From positions 5,579-69,578 of the forward strand of contig CAIVED010000044.1 in the NCBI GenBank assembly GCA_903904885.1: DNA of 64,000 nucleotides, given 5' to 3'. A program made the translations under genes and the position numbers. Positions 10,465 to 19,366 of this stretch are shown one piece after another. The notes under the pieces are model-generated. The model ran no database searches. It saw nothing but the letters and a program-made list of their open reading frames with translations, and was not told the origin of the DNA. The stretch comes from an uncultured archaeon. Lineage in GTDB: Archaea; Nanobdellota; Nanobdellia; Woesearchaeales; CAIVOO01. Numbering within the stretch: position 1 is the first letter of the stretch; every line of letters starts with the position of its first letter.

Positions 10465-10514
10465 TTTATTTTTTACGCTTCCTAGGAAATATATAAATTT
10501 ATTCATACCACTAC

Positions 10515-10530
10515 AAAAACCTTTATAAAC
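10515..10530 (+). promoter_or_regulatory. BRE-TATA promoter, leaderless Sec61beta-NAC transcript
   Basis: AAAAACCTTTATAAAC about 23 nt before ATG 10552. Confidence 0.75.
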
Positions 10531-10551
10531 CACCTCAATTTCTGACTAATC

Positions 10552-10725
10552 ATGTCAAACGATAAGATAAGAATGCCGTCCTCCATGGGAGGCCTGGTCA
10601 GTTATACAAGCGAGTATGACTCCAAGATAATCTTCAAGCCGGCCTATGTCATTGTTTTCTGCGTTGTTGTGATAATCATCGCAATAGTTCTCCATCTTTA
10701 CGGAAACGCCCTTTTGGGAATCTAA
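10552..10725 (+). CDS. secG: Preprotein translocase subunit Sec61beta (not in ORF track)
   Basis: MSNDKIRMPSSMGGLVSYTSEYDSKIIFKPAYVIVFCVVVIIIAIVLHLYGNALLGI; GL..Y...KI..P motif plus one TM. Confidence 0.88.
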   Translation: MSNDKIRMPSSMGGLVSYTSEYDSKIIFKPAYVIVFCVVVIIIAIVLHLYGNALLGI

Positions 10726-10726
10726 A

Positions 10727-11059
10727 ATGATGCCCGGAATAAATCCAAGACAGATGCAGCAGGCCATGAAAAGGATGGGCATCCAGCAGGTTGATATTGA
10801 GGCTAAAGAAGTAATTATCAGAACCGAAGACAAGGAACTTGTTTTCACAAATCCCCAGGTTTCCAAAATCAACATGATGGGCCAGGAAACCTACCAGGTT
10901 ATCGGCGAGCCGGAAGAGCGCGAACTGTCAGCAGGGATTTCTGAAGAGGACATTGAAACCGTCATGGAGCAGGCGAATGTTGACAAGAAGAAAGCTTTGG
11001 CAGCATTAGAGAAGCACAATGGTGATTTGGCTGAAGCGATAATGGATTTGAAGAAGTAA
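10727..11059 (+). CDS. nac: Nascent polypeptide-associated complex protein
   Basis: NPRQMQQAMKRMGI, NAC domain, C-terminal UBA (GDLAEAIM). Confidence 0.95.
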   Translation: MMPGINPRQMQQAMKRMGIQQVDIEAKEVIIRTEDKELVFTNPQVSKINMMGQETYQVIGEPEERELSAGISEEDIETVMEQANVDKKKALAALEKHNGDLAEAIMDLKK

Positions 11060-11085
11060 TTATCTTTTTTCTTAAAAATAAAATC

Positions 11086-11251
11086 ATATTTTCTGGGCAG
11101 GCCTTAACTTTGCTTCCTGCTTTTCATCTTTGCCTCGATTTCCAAGCCTGCATTAACTTGCACTCTGCAAGTAAATATTTCATTCTTGCATGGCAATCCC
11201 GCAGAACAAGCTAGACAAACTTGAAGATTAATGCCAGAACCAGCAAACCGG
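11086..11251. repeat. Dispersed ~170-bp two-arm palindromic element, copy 1
   Basis: Aligns with the reverse complement of 19367..19540 and with 58584..58716. Confidence 0.85.
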
Positions 11252-11296
11252 CTTTATTGGATAATATTTATATAGAAGGTGGCCTATTACCGGCCC

Positions 11297-11794
11297 ATGC
11301 AAAAGTTCCAAATCGCAAGGAAGGAAGCCCTCATAAAGATCAAGGCAGCTGACCACATGCTGACCCAGACCTATCCTGCATTAAAAGACAGCAAGATTCT
11401 TATGTCTGTACTCTCAAACCTAATTGCTGGCGTCGAGCAAACAGTGACAGCAATCCTGCACTATGACCGGGCATTTCACAAAATCCCGCCGTTCCATGAC
11501 AATTTCGCTTCAAAGCTCCACCTGTTCAGGAACACCTCCGCAGGAATGCATGACATAGCCAATTTTGTGCCGTTCATTGCAAAAATGAACGACTATCTCG
11601 AGAGGCATAAAAGCAGCCAGGTGGAGTTCTCCAGGAAGGACTCTTTTGTGATGGCCGATGACAGCTATAACCTGAGGGCAGTAACCGCAAAGGATTTAAA
11701 GAAGTTCTTAGATGAGGCAAAGTCACTTTACATGAAAGCGGCGCAAATAACATCCGAGAACGAGGAAATATTTAATCTGGAGGCGGGAGACTAA
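11297..11794 (+). CDS. Conserved hypothetical all-helical protein (possibly HEPN-like)
   Basis: AADHML..TYP..KD; weak resemblance to the next ORF; upstream of minD. Confidence 0.7.
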   Translation: MQKFQIARKEALIKIKAADHMLTQTYPALKDSKILMSVLSNLIAGVEQTVTAILHYDRAFHKIPPFHDNFASKLHLFRNTSAGMHDIANFVPFIAKMNDYLERHKSSQVEFSRKDSFVMADDSYNLRAVTAKDLKKFLDEAKSLYMKAAQITSENEEIFNLEAGD

Positions 11795-11796
11795 AC

Positions 11797-12255
11797 ATGC
11801 AGGAATGCCTTATCAATGCCCATGAGGAGCTGAAAAGGGTCGACCACCTTATTTATGTCAGCCTGAAATACACCCGCACAATTGATGTCATAAAAAACAT
11901 AGTGGACAGGTTCATCAGCGCCTATGACTGCTTTATTCTTGCAATGCTTACCAAACTAAAGGAAGAGGGCAAGATAGATGAGTTTCCCGAGTCGCCTATT
12001 GAGAAGGCAAACCTGGTGAAGGAGAAATATCCCGAGCAGATTGTCCAGGAAAACATAGAAATATATCTTCTTTACAGGAAAATAGCAAAGGCAAAATCAA
12101 CAAGCTCCCAGGAATACAGGCGTCATGTTACAATGACCGCCACCCTTGCGGACGGGACAGTTATCCAGGTTGACATTGACAAGATTTATGAATACTACAA
12201 AAAAGCCAAGGAATTCTTTGAGATGGTTAAGAAATTAGGTGGAACGGGTGACTAG
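11797..12255 (+). CDS. Conserved hypothetical helical protein
   Basis: RVDHLIYVSLKYTRT...EYRRHVTM; overlaps the minD start. Confidence 0.75.
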   Translation: MQECLINAHEELKRVDHLIYVSLKYTRTIDVIKNIVDRFISAYDCFILAMLTKLKEEGKIDEFPESPIEKANLVKEKYPEQIVQENIEIYLLYRKIAKAKSTSSQEYRRHVTMTATLADGTVIQVDIDKIYEYYKKAKEFFEMVKKLGGTGD

Positions 12256-13006
12256 GTTTATATCAATTGTTTCCGGGAAAGGAGGCGTCGGAAAAACCAC
12301 AACAGCAATAAATCTCGCGGCGGCATTGAGCTCCTGCGGAAAGGAAGTCCTTGTTGTTGACGGCAACACAGGAACGCCTGATGTGGGGCTTCATCTTGGG
12401 GTTACAAAGTTCTCAACAACACTCCACGACGTGCTGAAGGGCTCAAAAACGCTCAGGGATGCTGTTTACATCCATTCATCCGGGCTGAAGTTTGTTCCGG
12501 CAAGCATATCATTGGATGAAACCAAGACCGTGGATATTGATAACCTGCACCAGGTAATGCTGGACCTTTACGGCACAACAGACATAGTCCTGATAGACGG
12601 CGCAGCAGGAATAGGGAAAGAGGCGCTTTCTGTGATAAAATCCTCAGATGAGGCGATAATTGTCACAAATCCTGACATTCCCTCTGTTACAGATTCATTG
12701 AAAATGACCAGAATCACAAGAGAGAACGGCATAAAGGTTTACGGCGTCATTGTAACAAGGGCTTTTGACAAAAATGATGTTTCCCCCGAGAATATTTCTG
12801 TCCTTCTGGACGCGCCGATTCTTGCGGTAATTCCCGAGGATTTTGCAGTCAGGAAAGCGCTGTCAATGAAGCAGCCGGTTGTTTTCTCCCATCCAGAGGC
12901 AGAATCCTCTGTTGCCTACAAAAAGCTGGCAGCGGAGATGCTTGGGCAGACCTACTCCCAGAAAATAGGGAAGAAGGGTTTCTTCGCGAGATTATTCGGA
13001 ATGTGA
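12239..13006 (+). CDS. minD: Cell division ATPase MinD (archaeal)
   Basis: SGKGGVGKTT deviant Walker A; C-terminal amphipathic KKGFFARLFG membrane-targeting helix. Confidence 0.9.
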   Translation: MERVTRFISIVSGKGGVGKTTTAINLAAALSSCGKEVLVVDGNTGTPDVGLHLGVTKFSTTLHDVLKGSKTLRDAVYIHSSGLKFVPASISLDETKTVDIDNLHQVMLDLYGTTDIVLIDGAAGIGKEALSVIKSSDEAIIVTNPDIPSVTDSLKMTRITRENGIKVYGVIVTRAFDKNDVSPENISVLLDAPILAVIPEDFAVRKALSMKQPVVFSHPEAESSVAYKKLAAEMLGQTYSQKIGKKGFFARLFGM

Positions 13007-14035
13007 GTCCTCTGTAAAGTAAAGTCCCTTTAGCATGTGCATTCTTAACAGTTCACTGTGAGACATTTGGCGGGATTTAGCAAATCCTGAGGTAAATGCA
13101 TCCCAAACGGATTTTTCTCTTCTCGGCATTATTTCTGGATGTGTTTCAAAAAACTCATCCCAGTAACGGCGGAATCCTACATACCCCAGTATCTTCCAGA
13201 AACCAACCCTGATTGCTTCAGCAGTCATAACCACTGAAGTATAGCCCAGAAGACCTAAATCTGGGACCTGGTTGAATGTTTTCTCTCTGTCCAGATAAAA
13301 CCTGCCATCGCGCTGAATCCAGGCATATTTCGCATTCCAAGGAGCCGGGGGATACAATATTCCTTCCTTTTGGTTAAAATTGAACACTCTTTCTGGCAGA
13401 TAATATGGGTATTTTTCATACAGCGCTTCTATTGATTTGAATTTCTCTTTCTTTTCTGAAGTTTCTTCAAAAGAAACACGCAAAACCTGGTTTTTAGCGT
13501 ATTTTACTTCCCGGTCATCATCGGTGTCGATATATTGCTCTCCTTGTTCAAGAACCTCCACAACCTTTGCACGGTAGGTGCTGTTCTTTTTTGAAGCTGG
13601 CTGGAATTCTCTCAAATAACTGTACCAGTCGACATCACCGATTTCCCATCCCGGTTCATAAGCAATGCTGTGCGGAATTTTCATCACATCAGTCCTGGTT
13701 ATCCTCTGTTTCCTTCTAACAACCTTACTTCTGTCAAGGTTTCTTTTGGCTTCATCACGGTTTTGTGAATGAAATAGCATTTCTCTATGGAAATATTGTT
13801 TGGGATAATCAAGTTCCTCGTCCCAGTCTGAGTTTAGACATTCACTATTACGATATCCTTGATTGATGTCGAGACTCAATATTCTTGCAAGCCCTTCCAA
13901 TCCGGAAAAATACAGATAATTCCAGCTTCCATCAACTTTCAAATTTTGGAGAAGTCTGACAAATTCTTCCTTTGTTATTCCGGGATTATCTAGCAAAATC
14001 GCTGCAGGTATCAGATGGTCGCATGGTCCCCCCAT
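12992..14035 (-). CDS. Orphan hypothetical protein (347 aa)
   Basis: Long ORF with AGGAG SD, convergent on minD; no motif recognised. Confidence 0.75.
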   Translation of the reverse strand: MGGPCDHLIPAAILLDNPGITKEEFVRLLQNLKVDGSWNYLYFSGLEGLARILSLDINQGYRNSECLNSDWDEELDYPKQYFHREMLFHSQNRDEAKRNLDRSKVVRRKQRITRTDVMKIPHSIAYEPGWEIGDVDWYSYLREFQPASKKNSTYRAKVVEVLEQGEQYIDTDDDREVKYAKNQVLRVSFEETSEKKEKFKSIEALYEKYPYYLPERVFNFNQKEGILYPPAPWNAKYAWIQRDGRFYLDREKTFNQVPDLGLLGYTSVVMTAEAIRVGFWKILGYVGFRRYWDEFFETHPEIMPRREKSVWDAFTSGFAKSRQMSHSELLRMHMLKGLYFTEDSHSE

Positions 14036-14106
14036 TTTAACTCCTAATTAAACAAAAAGAACCCCCTTTTCAATATGGCATATTAATTAATTTTTTAAAC
14101 CTTCTG

Positions 14107-14200
14107 CCAGTGCCGCGCTCCGTTCGCCTTCGGTGGGCAGGTGTTTGACCGATTTTAGTGATTTCTAACAATTCTCTTTGACTTCGCTGGGCGGCACTGG
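14107..14200. repeat. 94-bp segment closed by a perfect 10-bp GC-rich inverted repeat
   Basis: CCAGTGCCGC (14107-14116) ... GCGGCACTGG (14191-14200). Confidence 0.7.
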
Positions 14201-14255
14201 GCGCAAACCTCAAAACAAAAACATTTTTATATCCCAAACCAAATTTTCTGGATAA

Positions 14256-14765
14256 ATGGCAGCTAAAACCCTGAGGCAGAAGCTTCTTGAAAAGGGATGG
14301 AAAGAGGAGGAGATTGAGCACGCGCTTGCTGTTATGGGAAGCGTTGAGGCAAAGGAGCCTGTGCCAATCAAGAGCTCCAGCCCCCTGCTCTACTGGCTTA
14401 CCCTGGTCATATCAATAATCGGCAACTTTCTCATTGCTGTTGCGATAATACCCTTCCTGATTGTCCTTTCCGATGTCCAGCTTTATTTTGTAATTGCAAT
14501 CCTTGCGCTGTCTTTCGGGGCGATGTTTAATTTTTTAATCAACACAATGGAGCATCTGGACCCTTCGCATCATGTTGTTGCGGGAGTTTTCATTCCGGCG
14601 CTTGCGGCAATAACAATATTTGTGATGGTGAATGTTTCCAACAGGCTGAGCGCATTCTTCCAGAGCCCTATCATCCACAATCCGGTCTGGGTCGCAATAC
14701 TCTACGTCATATTCTTCTCAGCGCCCTATTTCATGGTCAAGATTTTTTACTACGTGAGAAAGTAA
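14256..14765 (+). CDS. Four-TM membrane protein
   Basis: LLEKGWKEEEI N-terminus followed by four hydrophobic helices. Confidence 0.8.
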   Translation: MAAKTLRQKLLEKGWKEEEIEHALAVMGSVEAKEPVPIKSSSPLLYWLTLVISIIGNFLIAVAIIPFLIVLSDVQLYFVIAILALSFGAMFNFLINTMEHLDPSHHVVAGVFIPALAAITIFVMVNVSNRLSAFFQSPIIHNPVWVAILYVIFFSAPYFMVKIFYYVRK

Positions 14766-14793
14766 AGCCCGTTCTCATAAAAACCTTTATAAA
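14764..14793 (+). repeat. Direct repeat, copy of the rps13 promoter region
   Basis: aaagcccgttctcataaaaacctttataaa vs 15341..15369 aaagccgttctcataaaaacctttataaa (one indel). Confidence 0.85.
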
Positions 14794-14836
14794 TATCCAG
14801 ATTTAATCAACAAACGTGCGATAAGGAGGTAACAAG

Positions 14837-15166
14837 ATGGTAAATAAACCGGTAGACTGGGATTATTTTTCATTTGCTGCAAGGATGTTTGGGGAAGAGT
14901 TGGAAAATATTAACTTTAGCTTTGCTGCAGTCTCGACGGCCGCTCGAGGTACTTTGACCCATTCATCAAGATATTATGAAACTGGTGTTGAATTGCCTGC
15001 AGAGGATAAAGAAATCCTTGGTAGAATACAAGGCATCCTGAATGATATGGTAACTGCTTCAAAAAAAAGGAATCTTGATGGGACAAAAAGACTTATGCTA
15101 AAGTTTATAGATGTGGTTAACAGCCGAGTTAAAGGAAAAAAACGCTGGTATGAGTTTTGGAAGTGA
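14837..15166 (+). CDS. Orphan hypothetical protein between the promoter duplicates
   Basis: Strong SD AGGAGGT at 14824-14830; ends KKRWYEFWK. Confidence 0.75.
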   Translation: MVNKPVDWDYFSFAARMFGEELENINFSFAAVSTAARGTLTHSSRYYETGVELPAEDKEILGRIQGILNDMVTASKKRNLDGTKRLMLKFIDVVNSRVKGKKRWYEFWK

Positions 15167-15346
15167 GCTTGCACGAATTAATGTGCAAAGCCTTTTTAGA
15201 CAATATGTATAAATATATAGATTATATTTAGGTATTTTTCCGACACCCAAGTCTAATTATCTCCATTAGTCCTTTCTTTTGATTTCTGTGCACCTTTTAA
15301 GCATTAAATGTGCAGGAAAGGCTTCAATGAATTAATGTGCAAAGCC
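15167..15346. repeat. Direct repeat GAATTAATGTGCAAAGCC (15175-15192, 15329-15346) with TGCAC...GTGCA palindromes
   Basis: Exact 18-nt repeat seen twice; a related word lies at 15301-15322. Confidence 0.75.
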
Positions 15347-15370
15347 GTTCTCATAAAAACCTTTATAAAC
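15341..15370 (+). promoter_or_regulatory. BRE-TATA promoter of the S13 operon
   Basis: AAAAACCTTTATAAAC ~130 nt upstream of the rps13 ATG. Confidence 0.7.
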
Positions 15371-15498
15371 CACCGGAATTAACAGACAAACCATAGTTAA
15401 TCAGCCCGAGTTCATGATTTAGAGCGCTTTTAGGGCTTAAAAAAGTTAAACAAGTTCTCTAAATCAATATTTTGCATATTTGGGGGAAATTTACCAAA

Positions 15499-16005
15499 AT
15501 GGAAGAAAAACAAGACAATTTCAGGCACATTTTAAGGGTTGTGGGCACTGATTTGAGCGGAAACGGCAAGCTAGTTAACGAGCTGAGGAAAATAAAGGGA
15601 ATCAGCTTCATGTTTGCAAACACGCTTTGCAATGTGGCCAAAATCGACAAGAACCAGAAAATGGGCTATGCTGAGGATTCTACAATAGCAAAGATTGAGG
15701 ATGTAATCAAGAACCCTTCCAAATTCGATATCCCGAGATGGATGTTCAACAGAAGGTGCGATCCCGAAGACGGGACAGACAAGCATCTGGTCGGGGCAGA
15801 CCTGAAATTTACTCATGAAAATGATTTGAGAATGATGAAGAAGATAAGGTCCTACAAGGGCGTAAGGCATTCAATCGGCCAGCCGGTAAGGGGCCAGAGG
15901 ACAAAATCAAATTTCAGGGTAAACAAAGGAAAGGTAACTGGAGTTGCAAAGTCAAGGCAGGCAAAGGCAGCTGCAAAGCCTACCGGAGACAAGGGCAAGA
16001 AGTAA
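15499..16005 (+). CDS. rps13: 30S ribosomal protein uS13
   Basis: YKGVRHSIGQPVRGQRTKSN. Confidence 0.97.
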   Translation: MEEKQDNFRHILRVVGTDLSGNGKLVNELRKIKGISFMFANTLCNVAKIDKNQKMGYAEDSTIAKIEDVIKNPSKFDIPRWMFNRRCDPEDGTDKHLVGADLKFTHENDLRMMKKIRSYKGVRHSIGQPVRGQRTKSNFRVNKGKVTGVAKSRQAKAAAKPTGDKGKK

Positions 16006-16006
16006 A

Positions 16007-16585
16007 ATGGGAGACATAAGAAGGGCCAGGAAACAGTACCAGACTCCTTCCCATCCGTGGGAAGCAGCAAGGATGGCAGAGGAAAAGCCGCTGTTCAAGG
16101 ACTACGGACTTGGAAACAAGAAAGAGCTCTGGAAGATGGGTTCCATGGCAAAGGCAATCGCGCTCCAGGCAAAAAAGCTTATCGCAAAAAGGGATGACAA
16201 GCAGGCCATAAAGGAAAAGGAGCTTCTGATGCAGAGGCTGATAAGATACAATTTGATAAGGCCAGGCGACCCCATAGAGTCCGCACTGGCGCTGAGTTCA
16301 AAGGACATTCTTGAGAGAAGGCTGCAGACAATGGTTGTGAGGAAGAATTTTGCAAGAAGCATGAAGCAGGCAAGGCAGCTGATAACCCACAAGCACATGA
16401 TGATAAACAGCAAGGTCATAACATCGCCTTCATACATTGTTTCTGCTGTGGAAGAGAGCCAGATAGGATATTCGGGAAACTCCCCGTTTGTCGCAGAGGA
16501 CCACCCGGAAAGGCCGGAAGCAAACGTAAAAAAGCAAATTGCAGAGGAAAAAGCAAAAATAGAAGGAAATGAATCCGCAAAATAA
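16007..16585 (+). CDS. rps4: 30S ribosomal protein uS4
   Basis: MGDIRR...[20 protein letters not shown]. Confidence 0.97.
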   Translation: MGDIRRARKQYQTPSHPWEAARMAEEKPLFKDYGLGNKKELWKMGSMAKAIALQAKKLIAKRDDKQAIKEKELLMQRLIRYNLIRPGDPIESALALSSKDILERRLQTMVVRKNFARSMKQARQLITHKHMMINSKVITSPSYIVSAVEESQIGYSGNSPFVAEDHPERPEANVKKQIAEEKAKIEGNESAK

Positions 16586-16970
16586 AATCGTATGGGGAAT
16601 AGCGCATATTTACGCGTCTTACAATGATACAATAATCCATGTTACAGATATTACAGGAACCGAAAGCATCGCAAGGTCTTCGGGAGGGCAGATGGTCAAG
16701 GCCCACAGGCTGGAATCATCCCCCACAGCAGCAATGATGGCTGCGAAAAAGGTTGCAGAACTTGCGCTCGAGAGAGGAATCAATGGCGTTCATGTTAAAG
16801 TCCGAGGCCCAGGAGGGCATCAGGGGCCGCAGGCGCCAGGACCGGGAGCCCAGGCTTCTGTTAGGGCACTGTCAAGAATGGGATTGAGAATAGGGATAAT
16901 TGAGGACGTCACTCCATTGCCCCATGACGGATGCAAAAAGAAGGGCGGAAAGAGAGGTAGAAGAGTATGA
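16569..16970 (+). CDS. rps11: 30S ribosomal protein uS11
   Basis: [14 protein letters not shown]...[11 protein letters not shown]...GRRV. Confidence 0.97.
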   Translation: MNPQNKIVWGIAHIYASYNDTIIHVTDITGTESIARSSGGQMVKAHRLESSPTAAMMAAKKVAELALERGINGVHVKVRGPGGHQGPQAPGPGAQASVRALSRMGLRIGIIEDVTPLPHDGCKKKGGKRGRRV

Positions 16971-17749
16971 AAATAGAAATACTTGAAAAAAAGAAGAACA
17001 GGCTTTCATTTTTGCTAAAGGACTCTTCTGTTCATTTTGCAAACGCGCTGAGAAGGACAATCATAAATGAAGTTCCCACAATGGCCATTGAGGATGTTGA
17101 GTTCAGGAAAAACAGTTCAGCCCTCTATGATGAGATGGTTGCCCACAGATTGGGATTAATTCCGCTTAAAACAGATTTGAAAAGCTATGAATTGCCTGCA
17201 GAGTGCTCCTGCAAGGCAGAGGGATGCGCAAAATGCCAGGTGGTTGGCTCATTGAAAGTCAAGGACGTAAAAGCGCCAAGAATGGTTTTGGCATCTGAAA
17301 TGAAATTCAAGGATCCTGCAATAAAGCCGGTTTACCAAGACATGCCGATAGTTTTGCTTTTGAAAAACCAGGAGTTGGAGTTTGAGGCAACGGCAGTTTT
17401 GGGAAAGGGAAAGGAGCATTCAAAATGGATTCCTGCCCACATCTTTTACAAGTACCTGCCGAATATTGAAATCGGCAAGGACATAGAAAACCCGGAGGAA
17501 ATTGCAGCTGTCTGCCCGGTTGATGTTTTTGAAGTCAAATCAAAAAAACTTGCAATCAAAGACCTTTACGCATGCCATCTTTGCGGTGCCTGCGTTGACG
17601 CGTCAGAAGGAAAAGTAAAGCTGAATGAAAAGGATACTGATTTCATATTTTACATGGAGCCCTTTGGCCAGCTTGACTCCGAGGAGATTGTCAATAAGGC
17701 AATAGACATTATTGACAGCCAGCTGGACGAGCTGGACAGCCAGCTCTGA
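16967..17749 (+). CDS. rpoD: RNA polymerase subunit D (Rpo3) with ferredoxin-like Fe-S insert
   Basis: [21 protein letters not shown]...CHLCGAC. Confidence 0.95.
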   Translation: MKIEILEKKKNRLSFLLKDSSVHFANALRRTIINEVPTMAIEDVEFRKNSSALYDEMVAHRLGLIPLKTDLKSYELPAECSCKAEGCAKCQVVGSLKVKDVKAPRMVLASEMKFKDPAIKPVYQDMPIVLLLKNQELEFEATAVLGKGKEHSKWIPAHIFYKYLPNIEIGKDIENPEEIAAVCPVDVFEVKSKKLAIKDLYACHLCGACVDASEGKVKLNEKDTDFIFYMEPFGQLDSEEIVNKAIDIIDSQLDELDSQL

Positions 17750-17758
17750 TTACACTCA

Positions 17759-17800
17759 CGCGGAGGTATCAAAAATCCAAGATTTTTGGAACCTACCGCG
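17759..17800. repeat. Long hairpin just upstream of tRNA-Leu, starting with a copy of the tRNA 5' end
   Basis: cgcggaggtatcaaaaatc-caa-gatttttggaacctaccgcg; ACGCGGAGGT occurs at 17758 and 17803. Confidence 0.8.
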
Positions 17801-17804
17801 ATAC

Positions 17805-17905
17805 GCGGAGGTGGCAGAGCCTGGCCAAATGCGCAAGGTTGAGGAAGAAAACTTCAAACGCCTTGTCCCTTAGTGGGTGCGAGGGTTCAAATCCCTTCCT
17901 CCGCA
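17805..17905 (+). tRNA. tRNA-Leu(GAG) with 15-nt canonical intron (17845..17859)
   Basis: Acceptor GCGGAGG/CCTCCGC-A, GTTCAAATC T loop, long variable arm, anticodon stem CAAGG/CCTTG, BHB with central helix TTGA/TCAA; CCA not encoded. Confidence 0.93.
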
Positions 17906-17968
17906 TCGGGGTTCCGCAACCATCATGGTTGACGAGTTGCGGCATTAAAATCAAACATAAAATAAAAC

Positions 17969-18328
17969 ATGAGAACAGGACCAACAAACGAGGAATTGAG
18001 CAGGCTTATCTCAGAGCTGAGGAAAGCTTCAGCTGTGCAGAAGGTTGGCCTCTGGAAAAGGATTGCATTTGATTTGGAAAAGCCCACGAGAAACAGGCGG
18101 GTTGTCAATCTCACAAGAATTGATAAGAATTCAAACAAGAACGAGCTTGTGGTTGTTCCCGGCAAGGTTTTGGGCGCCGGCGAGATAACAAAGGGCGTTA
18201 TTGTCGCAGCCTGGCAGTTTTCAGGCCAGGCAAAGGAAAAGATAATCAAGGCAAAGGGAGACTGCATGTCAATTGAGGAATTGCTTGCAAAGAAGCCGAA
18301 ACTGTCAGAGGTCAGGATAATAGGATGA
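17969..18328 (+). CDS. rpl18e: 50S ribosomal protein eL18
   Basis: VNLTRI, VVVPGKVLG. Confidence 0.95.
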   Translation: MRTGPTNEELSRLISELRKASAVQKVGLWKRIAFDLEKPTRNRRVVNLTRIDKNSNKNELVVVPGKVLGAGEITKGVIVAAWQFSGQAKEKIIKAKGDCMSIEELLAKKPKLSEVRIIG

Positions 18329-18744
18329 TAATCGATGCAACAGACTTGATAATGGGAAGATTGGCAGCAGTTGTTGCAAAAAAAGCCATCCTTGGAGAAA
18401 AAATTGACATTCTCAACTGCGAAAAGGCAGTCATCACAGGAAACAGGGATAATATTTTGGCAGAATACAAGAAAAGATTTGACCTGGGAAGGAATCCTTA
18501 CAAGGGCCCTTTTTTCCCAAGAGCATCCGACAGGCTTGTAAGAAGGGCCATAAGAGGAATGCTTCCATACAAGCAGGAGAAGGGGAAGAAGGCATACAAA
18601 GAAGTCATGTGCTATGTCGGAATTCCGGAACAGTTCAAGGGGCAGAAGCTTGAGACAGTTGCAGCTGCAAATGTTTCAAAACTCAAGAATTATAAATACA
18701 TGGAAATTGGGGTTTTAGCAAAGCTATTGGGCTCAAAGAGATGA
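18325..18744 (+). CDS. rpl13: 50S ribosomal protein uL13
   Basis: IIDA...GRLA, RRAIRGMLP. Confidence 0.96.
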   Translation: MIIDATDLIMGRLAAVVAKKAILGEKIDILNCEKAVITGNRDNILAEYKKRFDLGRNPYKGPFFPRASDRLVRRAIRGMLPYKQEKGKKAYKEVMCYVGIPEQFKGQKLETVAAANVSKLKNYKYMEIGVLAKLLGSKR

Positions 18745-19136
18745 AAACGATAATTACCAACGGAACAAGGAAAAAATCAGTTGCAAGGGCGTACATAAAG
18801 GAAGGAACCGGCATTGTAAGAGTTAACAGCAGGCTCCTGCAGAACATAGAGCCGATGATTTCCAGGCTTAAGATGGAAGAGCCGCTGATAATCGCAGATG
18901 AAATTTCAAAAAAATATGACATTAATGTTTCTGTTTTCGGCGGCGGATTCAATTCCCAGGCAGAGGCGGCAAGGCTGGCAATAGCAAAGGCGCTTCTTGC
19001 CAAAAACGCAAAACTGAGGGAAGAGTTTTTAAGATATGACAGGACGCTTCTCGTTGCCGATGTGAGGCAGAGGGAATCAAGGAAGCCGAACAGGCACGGA
19101 AATGCAAGGGGCAAGGCCCAGAAGTCGTACAGGTGA
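18741..19136 (+). CDS. rps9: 30S ribosomal protein uS9
   Basis: GTRKKSVARA, GGGFNSQAEA, QKSYR. Confidence 0.96.
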   Translation: MKTIITNGTRKKSVARAYIKEGTGIVRVNSRLLQNIEPMISRLKMEEPLIIADEISKKYDINVSVFGGGFNSQAEAARLAIAKALLAKNAKLREEFLRYDRTLLVADVRQRESRKPNRHGNARGKAQKSYR

Positions 19137-19143
19137 TGCTAAA

Positions 19144-19341
19144 ATGATAATACCAATAAGATGCTTAAGCTGCGGAAAGCCAATCGGTCATCTGTGGCAG
19201 GATTACAAGGACAGGGTTGCCAAGGGCGAGGACAAGAAGAAAGTAATGGACGACCTTGGCCTTGAGAGATACTGCTGCAGGTCAGCATTCCTGGGACAGG
19301 TGGACCTTCTTGAGACTATTGCGCAGTTCAAGAAGTTTTAA
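19144..19341 (+). CDS. rpoN: RNA polymerase subunit N (Rpo10)
   Basis: MIIPIRCLSCGK...RYCCR. Confidence 0.96.
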   Translation: MIIPIRCLSCGKPIGHLWQDYKDRVAKGEDKKKVMDDLGLERYCCRSAFLGQVDLLETIAQFKKF

Positions 19342-19366
19342 ATTATTTTTTTCTTTAAATAATATT

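Noticed and set aside
9795-10500. Shared 14-mer AAATATATAAATTT at 9795 and 10487
   Set aside because: Explained by TATA-box consensus in AT-rich DNA.
15167-15346. Integron attC call
   Set aside because: No convincing RYYYAAC...GTTRRRY ends and no integron integrase; kept only as an unexplained repeat.
17793-18072. Short ORFs over the tRNA
   Set aside because: They overlap tRNA-Leu and rpl18e.
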